A DNA stretch of 64,000 nt. Origin: Octopus vulgaris. Its lineage: Eukaryota. Where the stretch lies: NCBI GenBank assembly GCA_951406725.2, contig OX597839.1:26226001-26290000 (forward strand), written 5' to 3'. Numbering within the stretch: position 1 is the first letter of the stretch; each line of letters opens with the position of its first letter. Positions 52,890-64,000 of the stretch are shown piece by piece. The translations under genes were made by a program, and so were the position numbers. The notes beneath the pieces were generated by a model. That model was not told the origin of the DNA, ran no database searches, and saw only the letters and a list, made by a program, of their open reading frames with translations.

Positions 52890-52924
<35 letters not shown>

Positions 52925-53200
52925 GTATGTAGGAAGATAGATAGGTAGGTAGGCAGATAGGTAGGTAGATAGGTAGGTAGGTAGATAGATAGGTAGGTAG
53001 GTAGATAGATAGGTAGGTAGGCAGATAGGTAGGTAGGCAGATAGGTAGGTAGGTAGATATATATATATATAGATAGGTAGATAGGTAGGTAGGTAGGTAG
53101 ATAGGTAGGTAGATAGGAAGGTAGGCAGATAGGTATGTAGATAGGTAGGTAGATAGGTAGGTAGGTAGATAGATAGGTAGATAGATAGGCAGGTATGTAT
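52835..53200. repeat. (TAGG)n/(TAGA)n microsatellite
   Basis: Direct inspection. Confidence 0.95.
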
Positions 53201-53709
53201 GTTGGTAACAAGGCGGGTGCAGTAAATCAATCTTTCTTCACGTAATTCCTCCCATAAATTCTCCACGATGCTTAAACCAAACCTTCCGTACGTAACACCA
53301 GTTTATTGAGTGATGCTGAGACAAATTCTTTCACAGAAAAAAAAAGACCAAAAAAAATATTCCGAAAACAACAGAATAATAGACACAAAATGAAACCTCT
53401 CTCGGCATAGTTTTGTGACAACACCAGTTCCATTATCTCGACTGAGGCGGTTGAAGTTTATTCAGTTATATTTTTATCTGGCCATTTTGTCACAGTATTA
53501 AAAACTTATGCTAACGAGTGTATTTAATTAACTCATCAATGAAATACTGTCACCACTCATTATTTCAAACAATTAAGGAAATAATTGCAACAACAATGGT
53601 TGAGGTAATGTGATGTTTTAGAAGAGACAAAAAAGCAAGAACAATATTTAATTTAATTTCTGCTGAACTGTTTTAATTAAGTTTTAAATTATTATTTTTT
53701 AAAAAATCT

Positions 53710-53914
53710 TTTACTCATTTACTTGTTTTGGCCATTAATATGCGGCCATGCTGGAGTACTGCCTCTGGGTAATTTTGTGGAGCAAATCAACCCCAGAACT
53801 TTATTTTAAAGCCAAGTACTTATTCTATCAGCCTCCGTTTTTTTTCCCTGAGTACTTAAGTTACGAGGACATAAACACACCAACACCGGTTGTCGAGTGG
53901 GGGGGGGGGTACAA

Positions 53915-53966
<52 letters not shown>

Positions 53967-54100
53967 GATGAGCTTCTTTCAGTTTCCATCTACCAAATCC
54001 ACTCAGAAGGCTTTGGTCGGCCCGAGGCTATAATAGAAGACACTCGCCCAAGGTGCCACGCAGTGGGACTGAACCCGGAACCACACAGCCACGCCAGCAC
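53710..54100 (-). mobile_element. SINE family B
   Basis: Homology to other copies. Confidence 0.82.
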
Positions 54101-54134
54101 CTACATTGAATTTCTGGAATATATATTGAGACAT

Positions 54135-54355
54135 AGAGGAAAAATGAGGGAAGAGGTGAGAGAGATGAAAGGAGAGGAATCTGAGGGGGAGGAAAGAGGA
54201 ACAAAAGTAATGACAGAGAAAGGGAGGGAGGAGGAGGAGAGGAAGAAAAAGAGCAAATGAGGAAAGGGAGAAAGAAATGAAAGATAGAGAATGCAAGAGA
54301 GTGGGGGAGAGAGAGAGAAGCGATAGGAAGGAAAGAGAGAAGTAAAAGAGAAAGC

Positions 54356-54429
<74 letters not shown>

Positions 54430-54700
54430 AAGCAAGCAAGAAAGAAGGAAAGAAAGAAAGTGAGAAAGAAAGAAAGAAAGAAAGAAAGAAGGAAAGGAAA
54501 GAAAGAAGGAAAGAAAGGAAAGAAAGAAAGAAGGAAAGAAAGGAAGAAGGAAAGAAAGGAAGAAGGAAGGAAAGAAAGAAAGAAGGAAGGAAAGAAAGAA
54601 GGAAGGAAAGAAAGAAAGAAAGAAGGAAGGAAAGAAAGAAAGAAAGAAGGAAGGAAAGAAAGAAGGAAGGAAAGAAAGAAGGAAAGAAAGAAAGAAAAGA
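54135..54700. repeat. Polypurine tract with (GA)n and (GAAA/GAAG)n
   Basis: Direct inspection. Confidence 0.95.
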
Positions 54701-54867
54701 CATAGAACATTACTTTTTGAAAACTTTCTCATTATTAATGAAACGAGCTGCAATTAGTGGTACAGAATTCCAAAATTCTATCCTTGTTGATTATTTTAGA
54801 ATTCCTCACAAATATCCCAGATAGGTTTAGAGATTGTTGTTATTTTTTGTTCTACTATATTATGTGT

Positions 54868-55601
54868 AGGCGGACTGTGTGGTAAGGAGTTTGCTTCCCA
54901 ACCACATGGTTCTGGGTTCAGTCCCACTACGTGACACCTCGGGCCAAGTGTCTTCTACAACAGCTTCTGGCCGACCAAAGCCTTGTGAGTGGATTTGGTA
55001 GACCGAAACTGAAAGAAGCCTGACGTGTATGTGTGTGTAAATATATATATCTATATATATATAGGCACAGGAGTGGCTGTGGGGTAAGTAGCTTGTTTAC
55101 CAACCACATGGTTCCGGGTTCAGTCCCACTGCGTGGCACCTTGGGCAAGTGTCTTCTACTAGAGCCTTGGGCCGACGGATTTGGTAGACGGAAACTGAAA
55201 GAAGCCCGTCATATATATGTGTGTATATATATAACGGGAAGCTTTATGAAAATAGACAAAAGACGAAGGCAGGTGGAAAACAAACAAACAATTGTATTAG
55301 TATGGCGCTCAGGAAATATAAATAAAACAAGTCTTTAACGTTTCGAGCCTACGCTCTTCAACAGAAAGATACACAGAGAGAAAAAAAACACAGAAAGAAG
55401 GAGAGAAAAAAATGCGTGCAGTAACTAACGAATCAACATGGCGATCTCGTTACTTAGCGGTTCGGCAAAAGAACCGATAGAATAAGTATTGGGCTTACAA
55501 AAGAATAAGTCCTGGGGTCGAGTTGCTCGATTAAAGGCGGTGCTCCAGCATGGCCGCAGTCAAATATGTATATATATATATGTGTATATATATATATACA
55601 C

Positions 55602-55646
<45 letters not shown>

Positions 55647-55843
55647 CGCGTGTGTGTTTGTGTGTCTGTGTTTGTCCTCCTAGCAATGCTTGACAACCGA
55701 TGCTGGTGTGTTTATGTCCCCGTTACTTAGCGGTTCGGCAAAAGAGACCGATAGAATAAGTATTGGGCTTACAAAAGAATAAGTCCTGGGGTCGAGTTGC
55801 TCGATTAAAGGCGGTGCTCCAGCATGGCCGCAGTCAAATGACT
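54868..55843 (+). mobile_element. SINE B pieces with a nested Penelope-like repeat (55235-55445, minus) and a duplicated 3' half
   Basis: 3' segment at 55449-55565 repeated at 55722-55839; hammerhead-like motif 55332-55369. Confidence 0.8.
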
Positions 55844-55874
55844 GCTGGCATGAGTTGGACGGTGCCACCAACAT

Positions 55875-56390
55875 GTATGCACACCCATATATACACACAC
55901 ACATACACATACATATATGTACATACATATGCACACATGGATATACATAGACATACATGTATACACACACACATGTATATATATATGGTATATGCTCACG
56001 CGAACAAAATATATTTACATTTAGACATATACACTACACACACACACACACACACATATGCATACATATATACATACACACATATATATATACATAAACA
56101 CACACATACACACTCATCTACATATATACATACGCACCAACATGTGTGTATGCATATATCTATATACATATATATATATATGTATATATACCCACACACA
56201 TATATACATACACACCAACGTATGAGTGTATACATATGTGTGTGTGTACATATACATATATGTATGCGTGTATGTGTATGTATGTATGTATGCATGTATG
56301 TGTATGTATGTATGTATGCATGCATGTATGTGTATGTATGCATGCATGTATGTGTATGTAAGTATGCATGTATGTATGTATGTATGTATG

Positions 56391-56429
<39 letters not shown>

Positions 56430-56600
56430 ATGTGTGTGTGTATGCATGTATGTATGTATGTATGTATGTATGTATGTATGTATGTATGTATGTATGCATG
56501 AATGTATGTATGTATACAAGCATGTATGTGTATGTATGCATGCGTGTATGTATGCATGCATGCATGTATGTGTATGTATGTATGTATGCATGTATGCATG
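55875..56600. repeat. CA/TA and (TATG)n microsatellite
   Basis: Direct inspection. Confidence 0.93.
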
Positions 56601-57110
56601 CACCCAGCGCATCTCCTGCTCCAGCGCAGAAGTGTTTTCATTTCCCAGTTTTGACATTTCTCCCGGCTTTTCACACGAGTTATCTCCCTTGGAAATTTCC
56701 ATCTGGGGACCACTTTGACCAAACGAAGAAATAGCAGGTAGACCCGGCAGGTCGGTCGCTACACAACCAACCACGACCACCACAACCAACACCAACACCA
56801 TCATTTTACATCGGGGGATATTTTATTTTTTCCACATTGATGCGTGTGTGTATTGTTTAAGACTAATCGCGTCTGGTTATATCTCTCTGTTGCGCTCCAA
56901 ACTACAGAGAGGGGGAAACTGCACTTTCTCTTTGATCTTCCGTATTGATTTATCGATTTTAATCGTTAGAACCGGAGCCATTCCATTGGTGGCTCCTTCA
57001 AAGGTTAAAGCCGACCCCGTTGACTTACCCCCGTCTGGTACATCGTTTTATTGGATGGTGAAGTCACTGCTTTGATATAAGGGGACAAAACTCAATGAAC
57101 CATTTTACCT
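56600..57110. promoter_or_regulatory. Unique CpG-richer island, candidate cis-regulatory module or first exon
   Basis: GGAAATTTCC, CTTTGAT twice, TTCAAAG, TGATTTAT; minus-strand AAAACGATG...GGG/GTAAGT. Confidence 0.35.
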
Positions 57111-57547
57111 CAGTTGAAAAGACACACACGTGTGTGTGTGTATGTATACACACATATGCACATATATGCATTAACACACATAACGATATATGCACACACA
57201 CACACATATATATATACACACATATGTATGCACACATGCATATAAATATACATGTATATACACTTATATATATATACATACTCGCATATCTACACAGACA
57301 TTCAGACATACATGCACACACTCATACATAGTCACACGCCTATTACACACATGCACATGCATATATACACACCCACATATACATACATGCATAGACATAT
57401 ACACACACCTATACATACATACACATCCATGTACACAAACACACGCATATATATATACAAACACATATACATACATGCACATACATATACACACACACAT
57501 ACATATATAAACACACAGATATGTGCACACACACACACACATTTTGG

Positions 57548-58372
57548 TTCAGTCATTTGACTGTGGCCATGCTGGAGCACCTTCTTAAAGAGTTATAGTG
57601 GAACAAATCGACCCCAGGACTTATTGTTCGTAAGCCTGGTATTTATTCTATCAGTCTCCTTTGCTGAACTGCTAGGCTACGGGGCCACAAACACACCAAC
57701 ACCAGTTGTTAAGCAATGGTAGGAGGAACAAACACAGACACAAAGACGTGCACACATAAATATATACATATACACACACATCATCATTATATCTTTTACT
57801 CTTTCAATTGTTTCAGCCATTTGACTGCGGCCATGCTGGAGCACCACCTTTAATTGAGTAACTCGACCCGGGACTTATTCTTTGTAAGCCCAGTACTTAT
57901 TCTATCGGTCTCTTTTGCCGAATCGCTAAGTGACGGGGACATAAACACACCAGCATCGGTTGTCAAGCAATACTAAGGGGACAAACACAGACACACAAAC
58001 ACACACACGCATATTTATATATATATATATATATATATACATATATACGACGGACTTCTTTCAGTTTCCGTCTACAAAATCCACTCACAAGGCCTTCGTC
58101 GGCCCGAGGCTACAGTAGAAGACACTTGCCCAAGGTGCCACGCAGTGGGACTGAACCCGGAACCATGTGGTTGGTAAGCAAGCTACTTACCACACAGCCA
58201 CTTGTATCTATATATATATATATATGACAGGCTTCTTTCAGTTTCCACCTACCAAATCTGCTCACAAGGCTTTGGTCAGCCTGAGGCTATTGCTGAAGGT
58301 GCCATGCAGTGGGACTGAACCCAGAACCATGTGGCTGGAAAGCAAGCTTCTTACCACACAGCCACTCCTGTG
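57548..58372 (-). mobile_element. Three SINE family B copies or fragments
   Basis: Full copy 57792-58202 between two partial copies. Confidence 0.85.
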
Positions 58373-58589
58373 CTTATCTATGTGCACACGTGCACACACA
58401 CACGGATGCTTGCCCAATTGTTTCCGCCAACTAGAATTTCACCATGCCAAACATTGATCAAACCCCAGCCCTCTTATATGAATGGTACCCATTTTGTTGA
58501 CCCCTAAAAGGATGAAAGACAAAGCTCACCTTGGTAGAATTTGAAAACAGAACCGAGAAAGAGACAACATGCTGCAATGCATGCTAACG

Positions 58590-59615
58590 ATTGAAATTTG
58601 GAGGAGAGGTTAAGTTGATTACATTGACCCCAGTGCGTAACTGGTACTCAATTTATCGACCCCGAAAGGATGAAAGGTAAAGTCGACCTCGGTGGAATTT
58701 GAACTCAGAATGTAGTGACCAGCAAAATACCTATTTCTTTACTACCCCCAAGGGGCTAAACACAGAGAGGACAAACAAGGACAGGCAAATGGGTTAAGTC
58801 GATTATATCGACCCCAGTGCATAACTGGTACTTATTTAATCAACCCAGAAAGGATGAAAGGTAAAGTCGACCTCGGTGGAATTTGAACTCAGAACATAGC
58901 GGCAGACGAAATACCACTAAGCATTTTGCCTGGCATGCTAACGATTCTGCCAGCTCACTGTCTTCTTAATAATAATGATAATAATAATAATCCTTTCTAC
59001 TGGGAGCACAAGGCCCCCAAGTCAGGGGAAGGGATATTAAGTTGATTACATTGACCCCTGCACTTGACTTGTACTGATTTAATTGACTTTAAAAGGATGA
59101 AATACCACTAGTTATTTTACCAGGCATGCTTACAATTCTGCCAGCTCACTACCCTCTTAATTATAATAATAATGGTACCATGTTGTCATATCTTAACCAC
59201 AACCATGCTGGTACCCCAATAATCACAAACGAAGAAACAACTCCAATCACCTCCATTTTTTTTAACAAACAAAACCACAAAATTCCTTAACGTGTATTTA
59301 TTACTCCATTGTTTATCTTAATTTCTTATCTTAATTGGACATGTCTACCTTGGAACAGCATTTTGTCCAATGTGCTAACGATTCTGCCAGCTCTCCACCT
59401 TAATATAATAATAATAATAATACTTTCTACTATAGGCAGAAGACTTGAAATCTTGGGAGAGGGGACTGGTTGATTACATCCACCCCAGTATTTCACTGGT
59501 ACTTAATTTATCAACCCCAAAAGGATGAAAGGCAAAGTTGACCTCGGCGGAATTTGAACTCAGAACGTAAAGACAGATGAAATACCGCCAAGTATTTTGC
59601 CCAGCATGTTAACGA
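58590..59615 (-). mobile_element. SINE family C cluster (dimer 58590-58962 plus monomers) among (AAT)n
   Basis: Junction at 58731; repeated cores. Confidence 0.82.
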
Positions 59616-59624
59616 TCACAAACT

Positions 59625-59945
59625 CATCATCATCATCGTTTAACGTCCGTTTTCCATTCTGGCATGGTTTGGATAATTTGAGTGAGGACTGGCTAGCCAG
59701 GAGACCACACCAGGCCCCAATCTGATCTGGCAAGGTTTCTACAGCTGGATGCTCTTCCTAACACCAAACACTCTGATTGTTAGTGGGTGCTCTTTACGAG
59801 CCACTGGCACGGGAGCCAGTTATGCAGCACTGGCATTGGTCACATTTGGATGGTGCATTTCATATGCCACCGGCACAGGGAGCCAGTTAGGCAGTACTGG
59901 CAACGACCCACACATGAATGGCGCCTACTGCGTGCCACCAGCATG
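59625..59945 (-). mobile_element. Element D, older copy
   Basis: Tail and conserved block. Confidence 0.8.
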
Positions 59946-60159
59946 GGAAAATAAAAATTTAGGAATCAGTAATATCAACTCTGGCATTTTATTGACCTCA
60001 AAAAAGGATATTAAAAAAAAATTGACAGGGGCAGGGATTTGAACTCAGAATGTAAATCATCACTACCCAGTGTCATAAGATATTTTATCCAATGTTCCAC
60101 CAATCCCACCCCTCCCCCACTACGTATTGTTACTCACTGTAAAGATTAGGCACAACTAT

Positions 60160-60513
60160 AAATCGAAATCGAATTGAACCAGCCAGGATCCCTGGTCTGG
60201 TGGTACGTAAAAAGCACCATCCGACTCGTGGCCGATGCCAGCGCCGCCTCGACTGGCTTCCGTGCCGGTGGCACGTAAAATACACCAATCCGACCGTGGC
60301 CGTTGCCAGCCTCGCCTGGCACCTGTGCAGGTGGCACGTAAAAAGCACCCACTACACTCACGGAGTGGTTGGCGTTAGGAAGGGCATCCAGCCGTAGAAA
60401 CACTGCCAGATCAGACTGGAGCCTGGTGCAGCCTCCTAGCTTCCCAGATCCCCGGTCGAACCGTCCAACCCATACTAGCATGGAGAACGGACGTTAAACG
60501 ATGATGATGATGA
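60160..60513 (+). mobile_element. Element D
   Basis: Near-identical to 19920-20272. Confidence 0.88.
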
Positions 60514-60823
60514 TAACAAGCTGAATAAAAATTAAAATAACTGATTGATAATGAATGAATGAATAAAAAATCCAATTAATTAACAACGTAGACACTTCAT
60601 CTATTCATTAATATGCATACAGAGTGAGTCATTTGCATATAGGTAATAAATAAATATTTTGGTTTATTTATTAAATATATTCATTTATTCATAGTCTGGT
60701 TGCAAAAATAGACATTGTAATTAAGCTACTTTGAGAGTAAATCTATTCTTATTAAATGTATTGTTGATGGGACCTCAACAGATGAGCGAATAATTAAGAA
60801 CTGTCAGGTGTATTACATAATTA

Positions 60824-60867
<44 letters not shown>

Positions 60868-61341
60868 AGGAAAAATTTTTTTAAAAATGCAGAATGCTCA
60901 AATGAAAGAAAATTTTAATAAAATGAGAAAATGATAAAATATATAAATATATATATTTATTCAACCGGTTTTCGTCAATGTATGACTTGTCAAGAATATT
61001 TATGTTTTAAGAAGTTTTTTAAAAATTAGAAAGGGGAAAAAAAGAAAATTGCAATGTTTTTTGTAAAAGAATAATGATAAAAATGTACAAAAATTAAAAA
61101 ATAAGTTCTCCGATACATTGTGAGTTCGTTGTGTATCTTGAGTTTTATGGTTGTTTACCAAAAAATTACCTTGAGGTGTTAAGATCCAAAGGGATTAAGA
61201 GCATGTGATGTGTTGTGTTGTTAAATACAGCATGTTGCAGGACAGGAAGTAGTAGTAATTGTGGTCCTGGTTCTTCAGTTCCTGTGTTGTGAGTGAGGGG
61301 AGACAACTCTTTTGAGTTCTTCAATAAAATATATATATAAA

Positions 61342-61717
61342 CTAGCAGTATTGCCCGGCATTGCTCGGGTTTGTAAGGGAAATAACTATATAAGCATTTT
61401 TAGAGATGTAAAGTATAATAGCCATCTCAATATGGCTAACCACAAAGGGTTACTGAAGCTTTTTACGTTCTGAGATTTAATAATACACTTTTAGAGAGTT
61501 ACTTCCCTTATACATGCCAAAAATGCATTAAAAATGGGGAAAAATGATGGTAATTTTTTTTTTAAATTGTAGACTCAGCGTAGACATGCAAAGGGCTCAA
61601 TATGAATCACAACTATAAGATACCCGGTTTTGGTTAAAATGCACCGCAAAATGTGGGAGTAGTTAGGAATCTAAATCGTAGGAGACAGACACACAACTTC
61701 ACTTTTATATATAAAGA
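61342..61717 (-). mobile_element. Non-autonomous Helitron
   Basis: Same 3' hairpin plus CTAG and similar 5' end as 17842-18450, different interior. Confidence 0.82.
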
Positions 61718-61729
61718 TATATATATATA

Positions 61730-61935
61730 TGACCGCGTATGTATCGTTGGCGATTCTTCTCCTCCGTCTTCCCTTCTTTGGATCTTTCCTTTTCCTATGT
61801 TTATGATGAAGAGCTCCGCTTGAAACGTTAAATTCTCTTTCTTTCTCTCCTTTCCTGAGCATCCAATAACACTATACTTGTTCCACGTCCTCACGTTGTT
61901 GTGTTTTCTCTTTGTGTTTTCATGTTTGGATTAAC
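61730..61935 (+). mobile_element. Penelope-like terminal repeat variant
   Basis: TTT ATGATGA A GAGC TCC GCTT GAAA CGTT AAA at 61800-61832; (TA)n flanks. Confidence 0.55.
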
Positions 61936-61984
<49 letters not shown>

Positions 61985-62121
61985 TGTTGACAGGCATAAT
62001 GCTATGGTTTTTGTCTGAGAGAAAATTTCTTCATAGATCTGCCCTATTAAAAGACCAATGTACAGGGTGGGCCAAAAATTGTGCTCAAAATAAGTTCAAA
62101 ACAGTCTGGAATTGTCAAAGA

Positions 62122-62545
62122 CATCATCATCATCATCATCATCCTTTAACGTCCGTTTTTCCATGCTGGCATGGGTTGGATGGTTTGACTGAAAACTGGT
62201 ATGCCAGGGAACTGCACCAGTCTCCAATCTGATTTGGCAAGGTTCCTACAGCTGGATGCCCTTCCTAACGCCAACCACTCCAAGAGTGTAGTGGGTGGTT
62301 TTTATGTGCCGCCAGCATGGGTGCCAGTTATGAAACACCAGCATTGGCCACGACTACGATCTCACTTGGCTTGGTGGGTCTTCTCAAACACGGTATATTG
62401 CCGAAGGTCTTGGTCACTCCATCTGTGAGGCCCAAAGTGTGAAAGGTGCTTTTTACGTGCCACCTGTATTGGGTACCAGGTACACGACACTGGCATCAGC
62501 CCCGACTACAATCTCACTCGGCTTGGTGGCTCTTCTCAAGCACAT
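62122..62545 (-). mobile_element. Element D
   Basis: Tail, block and longer variant repeat units. Confidence 0.82.
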
Positions 62546-62639
62546 GCTTCAATTTTTCTAAAACTGAATATAATAAATGAAACAATGACGAATCCACACA
62601 CACTTGTACATGATGAGCAAAATTAATAACAACAACGAG

Positions 62640-63248
62640 GGTTTCACATTTTGGCACAAGGCCAGCAATTGCAGGTAAGTTAATTACATTGACCCCAGTA
62701 CTCAACTGGTACTTATTTTATCGACCCCAAAAGGACAAAAGGCAAAGTCGATCTCAGTGGAATTTGAACTCAGAACATAGCAACAGACAAAATACCACCA
62801 AGCATTTCACCCAGGGTGCTACCAATTCTGCCAACTTATTGCCTAATAATAATAATAATAATAATAATAATGATGATAACAACAACAACAACAATAATGA
62901 TAATAATAACAATAACAATAATAATAATAACAATAATAATAATAATAATAATTATAATAATAATAATTATAACAATTATAATAATAATAATAACAATTAT
63001 AATAATAATAATAATAATAATAACAATGCTTTCTACTGTAGGCACAGGGCCTGAAATTGTGGAAGAGAAAGCTAGTTGATTACACTGACCCCAGTACATA
63101 ACTGCTACTTATTTAATTGACCCTGAAACTGAAAGGATAAAAGGCCAAGTCGACCTCGGCGGAATTTGAACTCAGAATGTAAAGATGGACCAAATTCTGC
63201 TAAACATTTCCCCTGGTGAACTAATGATTCTGTCAGCTTGCCACCTTC

Positions 63249-63288
<40 letters not shown>

Positions 63289-63290
63289 CA
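62640..63290 (-). mobile_element. Two SINE family C monomers separated by (AAT/AAC)n
   Basis: Cores and heads at 62640-62845 and 63025-63247. Confidence 0.82.
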
Positions 63291-64000
63291 TAAAATAAAG
63301 TGTCAAAATGTTTTGGTGCGTCCTGTCATATGGGGAAACCCCAATCAGAAAGGGACCCACGCTTCTCCGGCTTTTGCTCACCTAACTTCCTTCACACTTC
63401 TGCTCCTGGCAAGGCCCCTCAGCCATACGCATGATGTCACTGACAATAAGCTTCCGGTCCACCTCATCCCCACACAAACATCATCCCAGTAGTGATTCGT
63501 GAGAACACCAGATGTGTTTTGGCTTCCTCAAGCCTTGTCAATCATGTGGATGTGTACACTGAGTTTTTATTCAGCTCAGTAGCTTTTCACAATATCAGTG
63601 AATACTATTCACTGTTTCTCTATATATTAGAGGGAGAAGATTTTGCCAGAGCATGACTAGCAGATACATGTTATCAGCAAGGTTCAAGGAAACGGAAACC
63701 CATCTGGCATTCTTGTGGGTCACTCCTGGTACAATGTTTGTCATTCTCTGATATGTATCATATCTGACAGAATAAAAGACACACAGATATATTAGACGCC
63801 TCCCAATTTCTGCGGGGCATATAAGGGGCCAACCTCAGATCTGGGATGAATTTTTTGAGACATTAAAAAAAAAATGCACGTTTTATGAACCATTAAACAC
63901 AGAACCTGTCATTATCACCATTATCGTTATTATTTAGTATCTGTTTTTCCATGCTGGCATGGGTTGGACGGTTCGACAGGGGCTGACAAGTCAGAAGACT

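Noticed and set aside
53200-53280. VENLWEEL resembling a Tc1 transposase motif
   Set aside because: No flanking SPDLNP motif or TIRs; probably chance

Overview
Eukaryotic, AT-rich, extremely repeat-dense DNA. The SINE set and microsatellite load look like an octopus (coleoid cephalopod) genome; this is inferred from recognition, not a search. No intact protein-coding gene is visible and almost all listed ORFs are microsatellite or SINE read-through. Content: four tRNA-headed SINE families (my labels A, B, C, E) plus an RTE-like VNTR element (D), five Helitron derivatives (one with a frameshifted helicase C-terminus), hAT, piggyBac-like and pogo-like remnants, RTE, R4/Dong and CR1 LINE fragments, Penelope-like ends with minimal hammerhead motifs, and many mini/microsatellites. 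A few unique islands suggest a long minus-strand gene (candidate exons at 57029-57043 and 13115-13165). Best leads: a pair of paralogous pre-miRNA-like hairpins (2556-2634, 4428-4514; one with a miR-36-type seed), SINE concatemers always fused at the same nucleotide, modular SINE core/tail swapping, and a young ~230-bp inverted duplication. Repeat boundaries were read by eye and are approximate.
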